Shown: positions 46,141 to 54,000, numbered from the stretch's first letter. The stretch: DNA of 64,000 nucleotides from a virus (IMGVR_UViG_3300027712_000017), one strand, 5' to 3'. Made by a program: numbers and translations. Notes: generated by a model from the sequence alone, not told the origin.

Positions 46141-46438
46141 TTATAGCGAAGGCGCGAATTGGAGTAATGAAGCGACCAAAATTGTAAATATCTGGTTTGA
46201 CGATCTTTTTGAGATGTGTGCTTTATACCCGATTGACGAAGAAACCGGCGAGATGGACGAGATAGATGCTGGATATTTCAAAGCTCTTGTCTGTGACTCC
46301 ATGGACTTTGATACCATAAACAATGGGTTTCTGATGGCTGTTGCTTATAAGGTTCTTGACCAGGTCAACTGGGAAGAGCTTGCAGCCTTTTGGGCTGGGG
46401 TTCAGGCCGCTGAACTTGTGCAGCAAAAAGCCGCTTGA
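46133..46438 (+). CDS. hypothetical acidic protein (101 aa), translationally coupled
   Basis: ATG within ATGTCTAA overlap; no separate promoter. Confidence 0.5.
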   Translation: MSNYSEGANWSNEATKIVNIWFDDLFEMCALYPIDEETGEMDEIDAGYFKALVCDSMDFDTINNGFLMAVAYKVLDQVNWEELAAFWAGVQAAELVQQKAA

Positions 46439-46463
46439 CATCTTTTCGCTTTAATTCGATAAC
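46435..46463 (+). promoter_or_regulatory. cassette promoter copy 9
   Basis: TTGACATCTTTTCGCTTTAATTCGATAAC. Confidence 0.55.
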
Positions 46464-46493
46464 ACAATAGAAGAAACAAAAAGGAAGACAAGA

Positions 46494-46880
46494 ATGGGTA
46501 CTCGCAGCATGATCGGCATGGTCGAAGCAGACAACTCGGTGTCGGCGATCTATTGCCATTGGGATGGTTATCTGTCGCATAACGGCGACCTCCTGGACAA
46601 GCACTATGACTCGGATGTCAAGGTCGCTGAATTGCTCGCCATGGGCGATCTGTCAACCCTCGGCGCGACCCTGCAAGAGCCCGACACTCGCGTGCTGAGC
46701 GGCGGCGCTGCTGCTGTGCGCTTCGAATCCATCGCCGCTTACCGCGAAGCCCTGGGGGAAAGCGGCGATCAGTTTCGCTACCTCTGGGATTCTGCAGCAT
46801 GGTTCTATATCGGCGGCGGTCGCACGGTCTGGGACGATGTCCGTGAGGGTCTGAAAGACGTCCGTGGCGTGACTGCCTAA
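46494..46880 (+). CDS. hypothetical protein (128 aa), cassette gene
   Basis: SD AAAGGAAGACAAGA-ATG. Confidence 0.55.
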   Translation: MGTRSMIGMVEADNSVSAIYCHWDGYLSHNGDLLDKHYDSDVKVAELLAMGDLSTLGATLQEPDTRVLSGGAAAVRFESIAAYREALGESGDQFRYLWDSAAWFYIGGGRTVWDDVREGLKDVRGVTA

Positions 46881-46886
46881 CGTCTT

Positions 46887-46940
46887 GAGAACGCAGCACA
46901 ATTCCGACCCAGGTGCTGCGTTCTCGATAAATTGTTTTTC
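46887..46940 (+). terminator. rho-independent terminator (13-bp stem GAGAACGCAGCAC/GTGCTGCGTTCTC, then TTGTTTTTC)
   Basis: perfect 13-bp inverted repeat read from sequence. Confidence 0.75.
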
Positions 46941-47049
46941 AGCATTGTCTATAGTTTTCAATAGTTTACACCAAAAACACTTTCAGTCGCGTCTTGTTCT
47001 TGTGCTATCATGCCTCGAACAAGGCGCTGCTGCGCGTCCACAAGGGTGG

Positions 47050-47078
47050 TTGACATCTTTTCCATTTAATTCGATAAC
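47050..47078 (+). promoter_or_regulatory. cassette promoter copy 10
   Basis: TTGACATCTTTTCCATTTAATTCGATAAC. Confidence 0.55.
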
Positions 47079-47107
47079 ACAATAGAAGAAACGGGAAGGA
47101 ACCCAAG

Positions 47108-47893
47108 ATGATCTATGACCTGTCGAAGTTGTCGGACGAAGTGCGCGCCCAGATCGAGGGCACCGCGAAGTATCGCAAACTGTTCAGCGAGAAGCCCAAG
47201 CGCCTGCTTGCTATTGATGGCAATGCCAAAACTGTCAAAGGCCGCGCTGCTGGGTTCATGACCGCTATCTTGTATCTTACACCTGCTTCGGCCTCGGGCG
47301 AGAACGTCTGTCCGATGGCAGCAATTGCTGCTTGCGATGAACCGTGCTTGAACACCGCTGGTCGTGGTGCGATGGGTTCGGTGCAATTGGCGCGTCTTCG
47401 TAAGACGCTGTTCTATATTCAATACCGCGAAGAATTCATGGCGCAGATCAAGAAAGAGATCGCTGCTGCCGTGCTCAAGATCAAGAAGAAGGGCTTCACG
47501 CCTTTGGTCCGCTTGAACGGCACGTCTGATCTGCGCTGGGAGAATTTCGGCATTCCCCAGGCATTCCCGGATGTCCAGTTTTACGACTACACCAAGATCC
47601 TGAACCGCAAGAACATCCCTGCCAATTATGACTTGACGTTCTCCTACTCGGGCGTTGCTGCTTTCAAGCCCTTTGCTATGAAGGCAATTGCTGCTGGTAT
47701 GCGCTTGGCGGTCGTGTTCCGTTCTCGCGCCGTGGTCGAAGGCATGCTTGCTGCTCAGGAGTCGTTCTTGGGGATGCCCGTGGTAGATGGTGACAATACA
47801 GACATCCGTCATATTGACCCGCAAGGCGCTGCTGTCGCGCTTTATGCCAAGGGCAAGGCAAAAACCGACCGCAGCGGGTTCGTGGTGGGTTGA
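47108..47893 (+). CDS. conserved hypothetical protein with Cys motif (CP...C...C), possibly GP88-family-like
   Basis: 261 aa; LAIDGNAKTVKG...LTPASASGENVCPMAAIAACDEPCLNTAGRG; family assignment from memory only. Confidence 0.55.
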   Translation: MIYDLSKLSDEVRAQIEGTAKYRKLFSEKPKRLLAIDGNAKTVKGRAAGFMTAILYLTPASASGENVCPMAAIAACDEPCLNTAGRGAMGSVQLARLRKTLFYIQYREEFMAQIKKEIAAAVLKIKKKGFTPLVRLNGTSDLRWENFGIPQAFPDVQFYDYTKILNRKNIPANYDLTFSYSGVAAFKPFAMKAIAAGMRLAVVFRSRAVVEGMLAAQESFLGMPVVDGDNTDIRHIDPQGAAVALYAKGKAKTDRSGFVVG

Positions 47894-47918
47894 CATCTTT
47901 TCCGTTTAATTCGATAAC
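47890..47918 (+). promoter_or_regulatory. cassette promoter copy 11
   Basis: TTGACATCTTTTCCGTTTAATTCGATAAC. Confidence 0.55.
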
Positions 47919-47947
47919 ACAATAGAAGAAACGCGAAGGGAAACAAG

Positions 47948-48127
47948 ATGATCGAATATGAATTTAGCGCCTACGGCAAGACCATGTGGATTTGGGTCGA
48001 TACGGTCGGTGAGGCGATGCACGAAGCAAACCTCGTGCTGATCTGGCCCGAGGAAGGCAAGCCCGGCGCCTGGTTCGAAACCACTGAGACGAAGTTCCGC
48101 TGGGTCGAAGGGAACTTCTCCGACTAA
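47948..48127 (+). CDS. hypothetical protein (59 aa), cassette gene
   Basis: not in track (<60 aa); SD GAAGGGAAACAAG-ATG. Confidence 0.45.
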   Translation: MIEYEFSAYGKTMWIWVDTVGEAMHEANLVLIWPEEGKPGAWFETTETKFRWVEGNFSD

Positions 48128-48134
48128 TCTGTGG

Positions 48135-48163
48135 TTGACATCTTTTCTAGAATATTCGATAAC
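48135..48163 (+). promoter_or_regulatory. cassette promoter copy 12
   Basis: TTGACATCTTTTCTAGAATATTCGATAAC. Confidence 0.55.
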
Positions 48164-48192
48164 ACAATAGTAGAAACAAAAAGGAAGACAAG

Positions 48193-49071
48193 ATGCCTCG
48201 TGGTGTTCCCGCTAACGGTTTTCGCATGACTAAGAACGCAGTTGTCCGCACTGGCGGCGCTGCCATCCTGGACAAGATCGTCCCCGTTGCTGCCGTGCAG
48301 CACGAAACTGACGCTGAGATTGACGCTCGTCTGCGTGACCGCTTCGAGATCATGGATACCCTGACCCAGGCAGCCCTGTTCGGTGATGCCCGCTCGGTAA
48401 TCATCTCGGGTCCTGCAGGTCTCGGCAAATCTTTTAACGTCGAGAAAGAATTGACCAACTGGGATCCTGACGCAATTAACCACACTATCGTCAAGGGCTT
48501 TTTGCGTACTACTGGTCTTTATAAGCTCTTGTTCCAATACCGTGAGCGTGGTCAGGTCATTGTTTTTGACGATGCTGACGCGATCTTTTATGACGATAAC
48601 TCGCTTAATTTGCTCAAGGCAGTATGTGATACTACCGATGTCCGCAAAGTTTCTTGGTTGGCAGAGACTAATATGGTTGACGAAGAGTCTGCCGTTAAAA
48701 TCCCTCGCCAATTCGAGTTCAATGGTACCATCGTTTTTATCACTAACCTCGACTTTGACTCGTTAATCGAGAAAGGTCATAAACTCGCTCCGCATCTTCA
48801 GGCGCTTGTTTCTCGCTCGCATTATATCGACTTGGCGATGAAAACCAAGCGCGACTATCTTGTGCGTATTAAGCAGGTAGTTGATGCGGGTATGTTAAAA
48901 GATCAAGGTCTCAATGCAGATCAAGAAAAGGCGGTCGTTGACTATATTACGACTAACCAGAACAAGTTGCGCGAATTGTCGCTCCGTATGGCTGTTAAAA
49001 TCGGCAACCTGGTTAAGATGAAAGCAGACTGGAAGCGTTTGGCAAATGTGACCTGCTGCAAGAATCAGTAA
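48193..49071 (+). CDS. AAA-family P-loop ATPase
   Basis: Walker A GPAGLGKS, Walker B VIVFDDAD, sensor-1 TIVFITN. Confidence 0.7.
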   Translation: MPRGVPANGFRMTKNAVVRTGGAAILDKIVPVAAVQHETDAEIDARLRDRFEIMDTLTQAALFGDARSVIISGPAGLGKSFNVEKELTNWDPDAINHTIVKGFLRTTGLYKLLFQYRERGQVIVFDDADAIFYDDNSLNLLKAVCDTTDVRKVSWLAETNMVDEESAVKIPRQFEFNGTIVFITNLDFDSLIEKGHKLAPHLQALVSRSHYIDLAMKTKRDYLVRIKQVVDAGMLKDQGLNADQEKAVVDYITTNQNKLRELSLRMAVKIGNLVKMKADWKRLANVTCCKNQ

Positions 49072-49078
49072 CGCAGGG

Positions 49079-49094
49079 GGCAGCAATGCCCCTT
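49079..49094 (+). other. hairpin GGGGCA-gcaa-TGCCCC immediately upstream of cassette promoter
   Basis: 6-bp GC stem, GNRA-like loop. Confidence 0.4.
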
Positions 49095-49121
49095 GACATC
49101 TTTTCCGGAATATTCGATAAC
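49093..49121 (+). promoter_or_regulatory. cassette promoter copy 13
   Basis: TTGACATCTTTTCCGGAATATTCGATAAC. Confidence 0.55.
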
Positions 49122-49147
49122 ATAATAGAAGAAGAGGGAGATCGAAG

Positions 49148-49318
49148 ATGTCTTATGTCTATGCTGTCACTATTAACGACCATGCTGTCCGTGTCTTCAC
49201 GCAGCGCGCAGACGCCGAGACGTTCATTGCTACTTGTGAAGACACGGACGACCGGACCTGCTGGAGCTATGATATTGAGAAGATCGAACTGGATGGCGAT
49301 CCCAGGGGGACGATTTAG
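49148..49318 (+). CDS. hypothetical protein (56 aa), cassette gene
   Basis: leader GAAGAGGGAGATCGAAG-ATG identical to leader of startless ORF at 45435. Confidence 0.45.
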   Translation: MSYVYAVTINDHAVRVFTQRADAETFIATCEDTDDRTCWSYDIEKIELDGDPRGTI

Positions 49319-49321
49319 GGC

Positions 49322-49350
49322 TTGACATCTTTTCCGTTTAATTCGATAAC
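49322..49350 (+). promoter_or_regulatory. cassette promoter copy 14
   Basis: TTGACATCTTTTCCGTTTAATTCGATAAC. Confidence 0.55.
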
Positions 49351-49380
49351 ACAATAGAAGAAACGCGAAGGAGAGACGCG

Positions 49381-49602
49381 ATGAAATACCAGGACCTGAC
49401 GCTCGACCAAATCCGCCATGCCATTCCGTTTATCGTTGCCAATGCGAAGGCAGCAGCACGCGCTGACGCCCTTGATCTAGCTGCTATGCTGCAGGATCGG
49501 GCTGAGTCAATGTGGGACGAATTGGTGCGGCGCATCCGCGCTGAGGACCCTCACACCACCGAGGCAGACATCCGTTATTTCGAAGGGATCCAACTATGCT
49601 AA
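49381..49602 (+). CDS. hypothetical protein (73 aa), last GC-rich cassette gene before AT-rich sub-island
   Basis: SD GAAGGAGAGACGCG-ATG. Confidence 0.5.
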   Translation: MKYQDLTLDQIRHAIPFIVANAKAAARADALDLAAMLQDRAESMWDELVRRIRAEDPHTTEADIRYFEGIQLC

Positions 49603-49823
49603 CTTACACTATCAAACTTAAAAGCGCAGAAGCTCTTATGGCATTGCGTGCTGAGAATGAAGCAATTATGGATTTGGAATCGTGTAAAACTCACGGCGAT
49701 AAAATCTATTCTAATGCTGTGCTGAATGAAGATAGTTATGCCTTTCCGGGTTCTTATTCAATCAGCGGTTTTATGTCGGGTCTGTTCTTGCCAGAAGAAA
49801 TTGAATGGGTAAAGGAGAACTAA
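49596..49823 (+). CDS. hypothetical protein (75 aa), AT-rich
   Basis: ORF overlapping upstream by 7 nt. Confidence 0.45.
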   Translation: MLTYTIKLKSAEALMALRAENEAIMDLESCKTHGDKIYSNAVLNEDSYAFPGSYSISGFMSGLFLPEEIEWVKEN

Positions 49824-49825
49824 AA

Positions 49826-50107
49826 ATGGCTAAGGCAACTGTTAAACTGAAAGAGATCAACCCTATTGAGTCGGTCACTATTACTATTAACCAATACGAA
49901 CTAGACACTCTTATGGTCATTCTAGCGCGAATTGGCGGATGTCCAGATAAATCCCCGCGAAAGCATTCTGCCAACATTTTAATGGCACTGCAACGAGCAA
50001 CTAAGGATATTCGTGGTCGATTTGAATTGTATGAAACTTCTGTATTGATTGACGATTCTGGCAAATATGCTGCCATCTATTTTAACGACTATCCCGAGGA
50101 GGAATAA
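49826..50107 (+). CDS. hypothetical protein (93 aa)
   Basis: SD AAGGAGAACTAAAA-ATG. Confidence 0.45.
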   Translation: MAKATVKLKEINPIESVTITINQYELDTLMVILARIGGCPDKSPRKHSANILMALQRATKDIRGRFELYETSVLIDDSGKYAAIYFNDYPEEE

Positions 50108-50108
50108 A

Positions 50109-50249
50109 ATGATGTATGTTTTAATTCTAATTCAATGGAATTCTGGCTCTATGACAACTGCTGAGTTTAATTCACTACAGAATTGTCAATACGCTATTGA
50201 GCAAGTTGAAAAACATTTAATGGTAGATGGGATATGCGTGCCAAAATGA
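50109..50249 (+). CDS. hypothetical small protein (46 aa)
   Basis: SD GAGGAGGAATAAA-ATG. Confidence 0.4.
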   Translation: MMYVLILIQWNSGSMTTAEFNSLQNCQYAIEQVEKHLMVDGICVPK

Positions 50250-50458
50250 ATAAAATAGTAGAAGCAATCACTTTATACTCAACCTTCTTTGTTATTGCTG
50301 CATTTATATTCTTGTTTCTTCCATTCGGATATTGTTTTATCACATGGGACTGGCATTATGCAACAATTCAAAATGTGCTGGAATTGCTACGATTAGATGC
50401 TATTGTAAGCGCAATTCTGTTATTCTTATTCTATATAAATCAAATGGAAGCAAACTGA
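50234..50458 (+). CDS. small membrane protein (74 aa)
   Basis: hydrophobic ORF. Confidence 0.4.
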   Translation: MRAKMNKIVEAITLYSTFFVIAAFIFLFLPFGYCFITWDWHYATIQNVLELLRLDAIVSAILLFLFYINQMEAN

Positions 50459-50613
50459 TGCAGGCATATATTAACTATAAGACATGGTGGATGACTGTGC
50501 AAAGACAGCGATATATTACGGCTGACGAGTGGCGGGTTCAAGATGATTTCCGTGACCATATTAACGAGTTCACACTTCACGAATTGCTCGAAAGACTAAT
50601 CGACTGGAGTTAA
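50458..50613 (+). CDS. hypothetical small protein (51 aa)
   Basis: TGATG coupling with upstream. Confidence 0.35.
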   Translation: MQAYINYKTWWMTVQRQRYITADEWRVQDDFRDHINEFTLHELLERLIDWS

Positions 50614-50614
50614 A

Positions 50615-50773
50615 ATGACTGTCTCAACAGAAGTAAAACTCTGGTGGTTACATCGTCAACCTGATTCTTATTTTATGCAAAAGAATCCTCCTATCACGGA
50701 CGACTTCCAAGAGTTTATTAAGAACATTCCCAATCACGAACTAAGAAAGATAATTGAGAAGATATATGATTGA
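50615..50773 (+). CDS. hypothetical small protein (52 aa)
   Basis: ATG 1 nt after upstream TAA. Confidence 0.35.
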   Translation: MTVSTEVKLWWLHRQPDSYFMQKNPPITDDFQEFIKNIPNHELRKIIEKIYD

Positions 50774-51017
50774 CTTAGATGACATACAGAATCGCTTTCA
50801 TGAAATTGATTATTGGGAAAAATACCACTCGGATATTATTCTCACAGTCAACATATTATTAACTGAACTCGCTTGTCCATTAGCAACTATTCGATTTGAA
50901 TCTCCTGATCGGGCAGGGATGGATATTATCGCTCAATGCTATGGTGATACAATAGAAGAAGCAATTCAAAAAGTAATAGAAGAAGCATTCAACACACTCA
51001 AAGGAAATGCCAAATGA
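50766..51017 (+). CDS. hypothetical protein (83 aa)
   Basis: ATGATTGA overlap. Confidence 0.4.
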   Translation: MIDLDDIQNRFHEIDYWEKYHSDIILTVNILLTELACPLATIRFESPDRAGMDIIAQCYGDTIEEAIQKVIEEAFNTLKGNAK

Positions 51018-51211
51018 ATAAAAAAGCGCTCACAATAGCTCTAGCAATAACAACTACAGCATCAGCAGTAATAGCAGCAATAGTCGCGGCAATGATCTAT
51101 TTCCCGATCATTTCATTCTATATTCTCTTTGCTGCTATATTCGCAATAACATTCGTCGGAATAACAACTGTGATATACCAATTCATAACTAAAGAATTTG
51201 ATATACTCTAG
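51014..51211 (+). CDS. small membrane protein (65 aa, 2 TM)
   Basis: ATGA overlap; Ala/Ile-rich hydrophobic. Confidence 0.45.
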   Translation: MNKKALTIALAITTTASAVIAAIVAAMIYFPIISFYILFAAIFAITFVGITTVIYQFITKEFDIL

Positions 51212-51339
51212 TCACGGATTGATAGTTGCAATAGATGAACTACATTCATAATAGCTTAAATGATTATGAATTAATTTAATAATGGTATTTAACCAAATAA
51301 TTTGCGCGAATGAAGACACACAAAATGAAGAAAAAAGAC

Positions 51340-51395
51340 TACAAATTGTGCGGTAAAATGTGCAAAAAATTGTGCAAAATGTATTGCACCTACGT
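51340..51395. repeat. direct repeats of AAATTGTGC/AAATGTGCAAAA (3 copies) in non-coding hub
   Basis: aaattgtgcggtaaaatgtgcaaaaaattgtgcaaaatgtattgcac. Confidence 0.5.
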
Positions 51396-51412
51396 CAAAT
51401 TGATCGGAATCA

Positions 51413-51513
51413 CCGTGAGGTGCCGAGTCGTGCCGTGTCTTTGAAATCACTCCGCGTGATGTCTGTGCAGCGCCTGTGCATCCTCGCCGTGAGAATCTGT
51501 GTGCTCCCGTGAC
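51413..51513. repeat. iteron-like short direct repeats: CCGTGAG (x2-3) and CTGTGC (x3)
   Basis: CCGTGAG at 51413 and 51487, CCCGTGAC at 51506; CTGTGC at 51463, 51474, 51497. Confidence 0.5.
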
Positions 51514-51559
51514 TCCTCCCCCCGACCGAATCACTTTCCGATCAAATATCTATACTGCA

Positions 51560-51590
51560 ATTACTCGGAAATCTTGTCAACCATTATCTG
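51560..51590 (-). promoter_or_regulatory. inverted (minus-strand) copy of cassette promoter GGTTGACAAGATTTCCGAGTAATTG; no convincing ORF downstream
   Basis: reverse complement of tcggaaatcttgtcaacc; near-identical to minus-strand promoter at 51930. Confidence 0.45.
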
Positions 51591-51595
51591 TGTCC

Positions 51596-51607
51596 ACAAG
51601 ATCTTGT
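51596..51607. repeat. perfect 12-bp palindrome ACAAGATCTTGT (second near-copy CAAGATCTTG at 51681..51690)
   Basis: read directly; contains AGATCT. Confidence 0.6.
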
Positions 51608-51615
51608 CCGCCTCC

Positions 51616-51652
51616 CCCCGATTTCTCCCGAATTGATCCCGATTTCCCCCGG
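51616..51652. repeat. direct repeat CCCCGATTTC(T/C)CCC x2
   Basis: cccccgatttctcccgaattgatcccgatttcccccgg. Confidence 0.5.
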
Positions 51653-51692
51653 AAAAGACATCTGATCCGCGACCCCACCACAAGATCTTGAT

Positions 51693-51905
51693 TTAATCAA
51701 ACTCGACCCCGCCGCACTCGCTGACATAAAACTTACCGCGCTCGAAAAGATTTGCCGCATTCTGCGCGAACTGTTCCGTCTTGTAACAATGCCGATCCAT
51801 CACCGCGCCGTCCGCGAGAAAAGTGACCTCCCACGCCCAATCTTCGATCTTGCGACCATTCCGCTTGACTTCGCCCCACTCCTTCGACACCACCGCTTCG
51901 CGCAT
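51693..51905 (-). CDS. hypothetical protein (70 aa) on minus strand, driven by inverted cassette promoter
   Basis: minus-strand SD AAAGGAGATCGGG-ATG and promoter GGTTGACATATTTTCCGAGTAAATC-CATAAG at 51930..51960; GC-rich codon usage. Confidence 0.55.
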   Translation of the reverse strand: MREAVVSKEWGEVKRNGRKIEDWAWEVTFLADGAVMDRHCYKTEQFAQNAANLFERGKFYVSECGGVEFD

Positions 51906-51929
51906 CCCGATCTCCTTTTGCTACTATTC

Positions 51930-51960
51930 ACTTATGGATTTACTCGGAAAATATGTCAAC
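51930..51960 (-). promoter_or_regulatory. minus-strand cassette-type promoter for ORF 51693..51905
   Basis: reverse complement GGTTGACATATTTTCCGAGTAAATCCATAAG. Confidence 0.5.
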
Positions 51961-52009
51961 CACAGATTTCCGCCCCCTGCCCCCCACAAAATTTTGTTTT
52001 TTTCGTCAA

Positions 52010-52300
52010 TTAAACAATATTCGCAAAATAATGTCAACCCCCAAAAATGCCCAGAATTCCCCGAGGCCATGCCCCTATCGCGTCGACTATCGTCTGTGCG
52101 GTTTATGATACGTTTAAACAATATTCGCAAAATAATGTCAACCCCCAAACGACGCTGCGCTCCCCTTCGATAGCGGTCCATTCATGTTATCGCATTTATT
52201 CGAAATAATGTCAACCCCTCGCGTTGGCTGTTCGTAGCATGCGCTCGATGTAGTCTATTGTGGCTCGTGAGCGCATATATTATTTCGAAAATAATGTCAA
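52010..52300. repeat. four copies of TATTCG(C/A)AAA(A)TAATGTCAACCCC (reverse-complement promoter-like elements) in non-coding region
   Basis: copies near 52017, 52115, 52195, 52275; reverse complement reads GGGGTTGACATTATTTTGCGAATA. Confidence 0.55.
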
Positions 52301-52313
52301 ACGAATTTTGTTG

Positions 52314-52342
52314 TTGACATATTTTCGATTTAATTCGATAAC
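52314..52342 (+). promoter_or_regulatory. cassette promoter variant TTGACATATTTTCGATTTAATTCGATAAC
   Basis: family member. Confidence 0.55.
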
Positions 52343-52375
52343 GTATATTCGATAAAACGCGAAAAAGGATACGCG

Positions 52376-52636
52376 ATGAAATATGACATGAATGCGGACA
52401 CAGCGACGATTTTGATGCGCGGTTTGATTTACGCGATGGAAGATGAAGAAGCAACAGAATATGCGAAAGCAGAATTTCAAATCGAATGGTATCTGATCGG
52501 TGAGGCATTCGATTTGTTGGACGAAGATCAAATCGAAGAAATGGATTCTGTTATTGATGATATGCAACAAATCAAAGCAGAAATCGAATTTGAATTGGGG
52601 TATCAAAGATCGTCGATCACGATAAAAGAGGGTTGA
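52376..52636 (+). CDS. hypothetical acidic protein (86 aa)
   Basis: SD AAAAAGGATACGCG-ATG. Confidence 0.5.
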   Translation: MKYDMNADTATILMRGLIYAMEDEEATEYAKAEFQIEWYLIGEAFDLLDEDQIEEMDSVIDDMQQIKAEIEFELGYQRSSITIKEG

Positions 52637-52661
52637 CAACATTTTTGCAATAATGCATAAA
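52633..52661 (+). promoter_or_regulatory. weaker promoter variant TTGACAACATTTTTGCAATAATGCATAAA
   Basis: TTGACA + 17 + CATAAA. Confidence 0.35.
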
Positions 52662-52697
52662 TGTAAAATGACGAAAACGCGAATGAGGAGACATCGC

Positions 52698-52874
52698 ATG
52701 ACGTTCGAAATTATCAAAAAAGAAGTCAACGCAATTCAGAAGGATTGTTTTGATTTGACGATAATCAATCATGACACAAATGAAATTGTCGTGTTTGATT
52801 GCGTTAAAATCTGGGACGAAGATCAAGAATCATTAGAAGATATGTTTTATTATGACGAATCGTTAGACGCATAA
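52698..52874 (+). CDS. hypothetical acidic protein (58 aa)
   Basis: SD GAGGAGACATCGC-ATG. Confidence 0.45.
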   Translation: MTFEIIKKEVNAIQKDCFDLTIINHDTNEIVVFDCVKIWDEDQESLEDMFYYDESLDA

Positions 52875-52898
52875 TATCGCGTTTTACAATTCGTTAAA

Positions 52899-52933
52899 AT
52901 CAGGCGATTCAATTCGTTAAAATCGCCTGATTT
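52899..52933 (+). other. 12-bp perfect hairpin AATCAGGCGATT...AATCGCCTGATT (terminator-like) with flanking TTCGTTAAAATC direct repeat
   Basis: read directly. Confidence 0.5.
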
Positions 52934-52987
52934 AATTCTTAAAAGATCGTGGCTGCGCCCTCGGGCTGGCTGCCAATCAGGACCCGG

Positions 52988-53016
52988 TTGACATCTTTTC
53001 CCGAATATTCGATAAG
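52988..53016 (+). promoter_or_regulatory. cassette promoter variant TTGACATCTTTTCCCGAATATTCGATAAG
   Basis: family member. Confidence 0.55.
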
Positions 53017-53051
53017 TGATCATGAAGAAACGCGATGAAGGAGATCACGCG

Positions 53052-53264
53052 ATGCAAGTCACGATCCGGTTCAAAGACTATGTCTCTATGAACGCCATGG
53101 CTGTTGTGGGCAGCATTCTGACCAACGAGGAGCTAGCTACCATGCACGGGCTGCGCGGTGGCTTCTGGTATACGACCGATGTCTCGCCGATGGTCGTGCT
53201 CGCTGCCTTCGAATCGGAGGGAATCGAGTATCAGGACTTCGAGTCGATCTCCTTCGAACCGTGA
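53052..53264 (+). CDS. hypothetical protein (70 aa)
   Basis: SD GAAGGAGATCACGCG-ATG; leader with GTGATC...GATCAC inverted repeat. Confidence 0.5.
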   Translation: MQVTIRFKDYVSMNAMAVVGSILTNEELATMHGLRGGFWYTTDVSPMVVLAAFESEGIEYQDFESISFEP

Positions 53265-53272
53265 GATCCTGG

Positions 53273-53301
53273 TTGACATATTTTCGATTTAATTCGATAA
53301 A
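53273..53301 (+). promoter_or_regulatory. cassette promoter variant TTGACATATTTTCGATTTAATTCGATAAA
   Basis: family member. Confidence 0.55.
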
Positions 53302-53313
53302 TGATCATGAAGT

Positions 53314-53333
53314 AGGGCGGAAGGGTTCCGCCT
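53314..53333 (+). other. conserved 5'-UTR hairpin GGGCGGAAGGGTTCCGCCTC (copy 1 of 2)
   Basis: identical apart from 1 nt to 57644..57663. Confidence 0.55.
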
Positions 53334-53357
53334 CAACGCGATGCAGGAGACCACGCG

Positions 53358-53525
53358 ATGCTGAAAGAGATGTCCAAGATGACCGCCAAGCAGATGGAGC
53401 TGGTCAAGTCCCTCACCCTCGCCGCTTACGCTGACGGCAAGATGAAGGCGTCCGAGAAAGACGCGATCTTCGCAACCATGAAGCAGGTGCTGATCGCTCG
53501 CATCCAGGCGAAAAAAGCCGCTTGA
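53358..53525 (+). CDS. hypothetical protein (55 aa)
   Basis: SD GCAGGAGACCACGCG-ATG; stop TGA in next -35. Confidence 0.45.
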   Translation: MLKEMSKMTAKQMELVKSLTLAAYADGKMKASEKDAIFATMKQVLIARIQAKKAA

Positions 53526-53550
53526 CATATTTTCGATTTAATTCGATAAC
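53522..53550 (+). promoter_or_regulatory. cassette promoter variant TTGACATATTTTCGATTTAATTCGATAAC
   Basis: family member. Confidence 0.55.
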
Positions 53551-53578
53551 ATAATAGTAGAAAAAGGGAGATGACAAG

Positions 53579-53710
53579 ATGATCACTGCTGAGATGATGA
53601 CTGGCTGGATGAACGAGGCTGTGGTCTCGCTGTTCGCCGCTGTGGATGGTATGACGGAAGACGACTACGTCATGACTCGCCTGGTTTCTTTCTCTGTTAA
53701 CGAGGTCTAA
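53579..53710 (+). CDS. hypothetical small protein (43 aa)
   Basis: SD AAAGGGAG; Met-rich N-terminus. Confidence 0.35.
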   Translation: MITAEMMTGWMNEAVVSLFAAVDGMTEDDYVMTRLVSFSVNEV

Positions 53711-53711
53711 G

Positions 53712-53879
53712 ATGGCTAAACGGTTCGTTCTCACTTCGTCCGCTCGGCTGGAAGCGCTGTCCTTCGAGACTGTCGCCGACGCTGAGGCCTTCTTGGCATC
53801 GCGGAAGATCTCGCAAGAGAACATCTGCCTCGCCGACAAGATCAAGGACGAGGTCATATTCATCCGCAACTATTATTGA
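53712..53879 (+). CDS. hypothetical protein (55 aa)
   Basis: ATG 1 nt after upstream TAA. Confidence 0.4.
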   Translation: MAKRFVLTSSARLEALSFETVADAEAFLASRKISQENICLADKIKDEVIFIRNYY

Positions 53880-53889
53880 GGAGACCCCT

Positions 53890-54000
53890 ATGAAATACCG
53901 CATCCGTGACTTCCTAGAAGATCTTGCCTCTGTGGTCATGCTGTTCGCTATGATCCCCCTATTCCCCTACGCCATCGCAATTGTAAAGGCTCTGATATGA
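53890..54000 (+). CDS. small hydrophobic peptide (36 aa)
   Basis: SD GAGGAGACCCCT-ATG. Confidence 0.3.
   Translation: MKYRIRDFLEDLASVVMLFAMIPLFPYAIAIVKALI

Noticed and set aside
44673-48711. Numerous long minus-strand ORFs in the GC-rich island (for example 44673..45245, 47066..47896, 48124..48711, 49013..49354)
   Set aside because: They are antisense to well-supported plus-strand cassette genes and lack SD or promoter. They translate to Arg/Ser/Pro-rich low-complexity sequence. This is the typical artefact of GC-rich DNA lacking stop codons.
51289-51534. Minus-strand ORF 51289..51534 downstream of the inverted promoter at 51560
   Set aside because: It has a GTG start, an Arg/Gly-rich low-complexity product, and runs across the iteron region. 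It is more likely a non-coding transcript.
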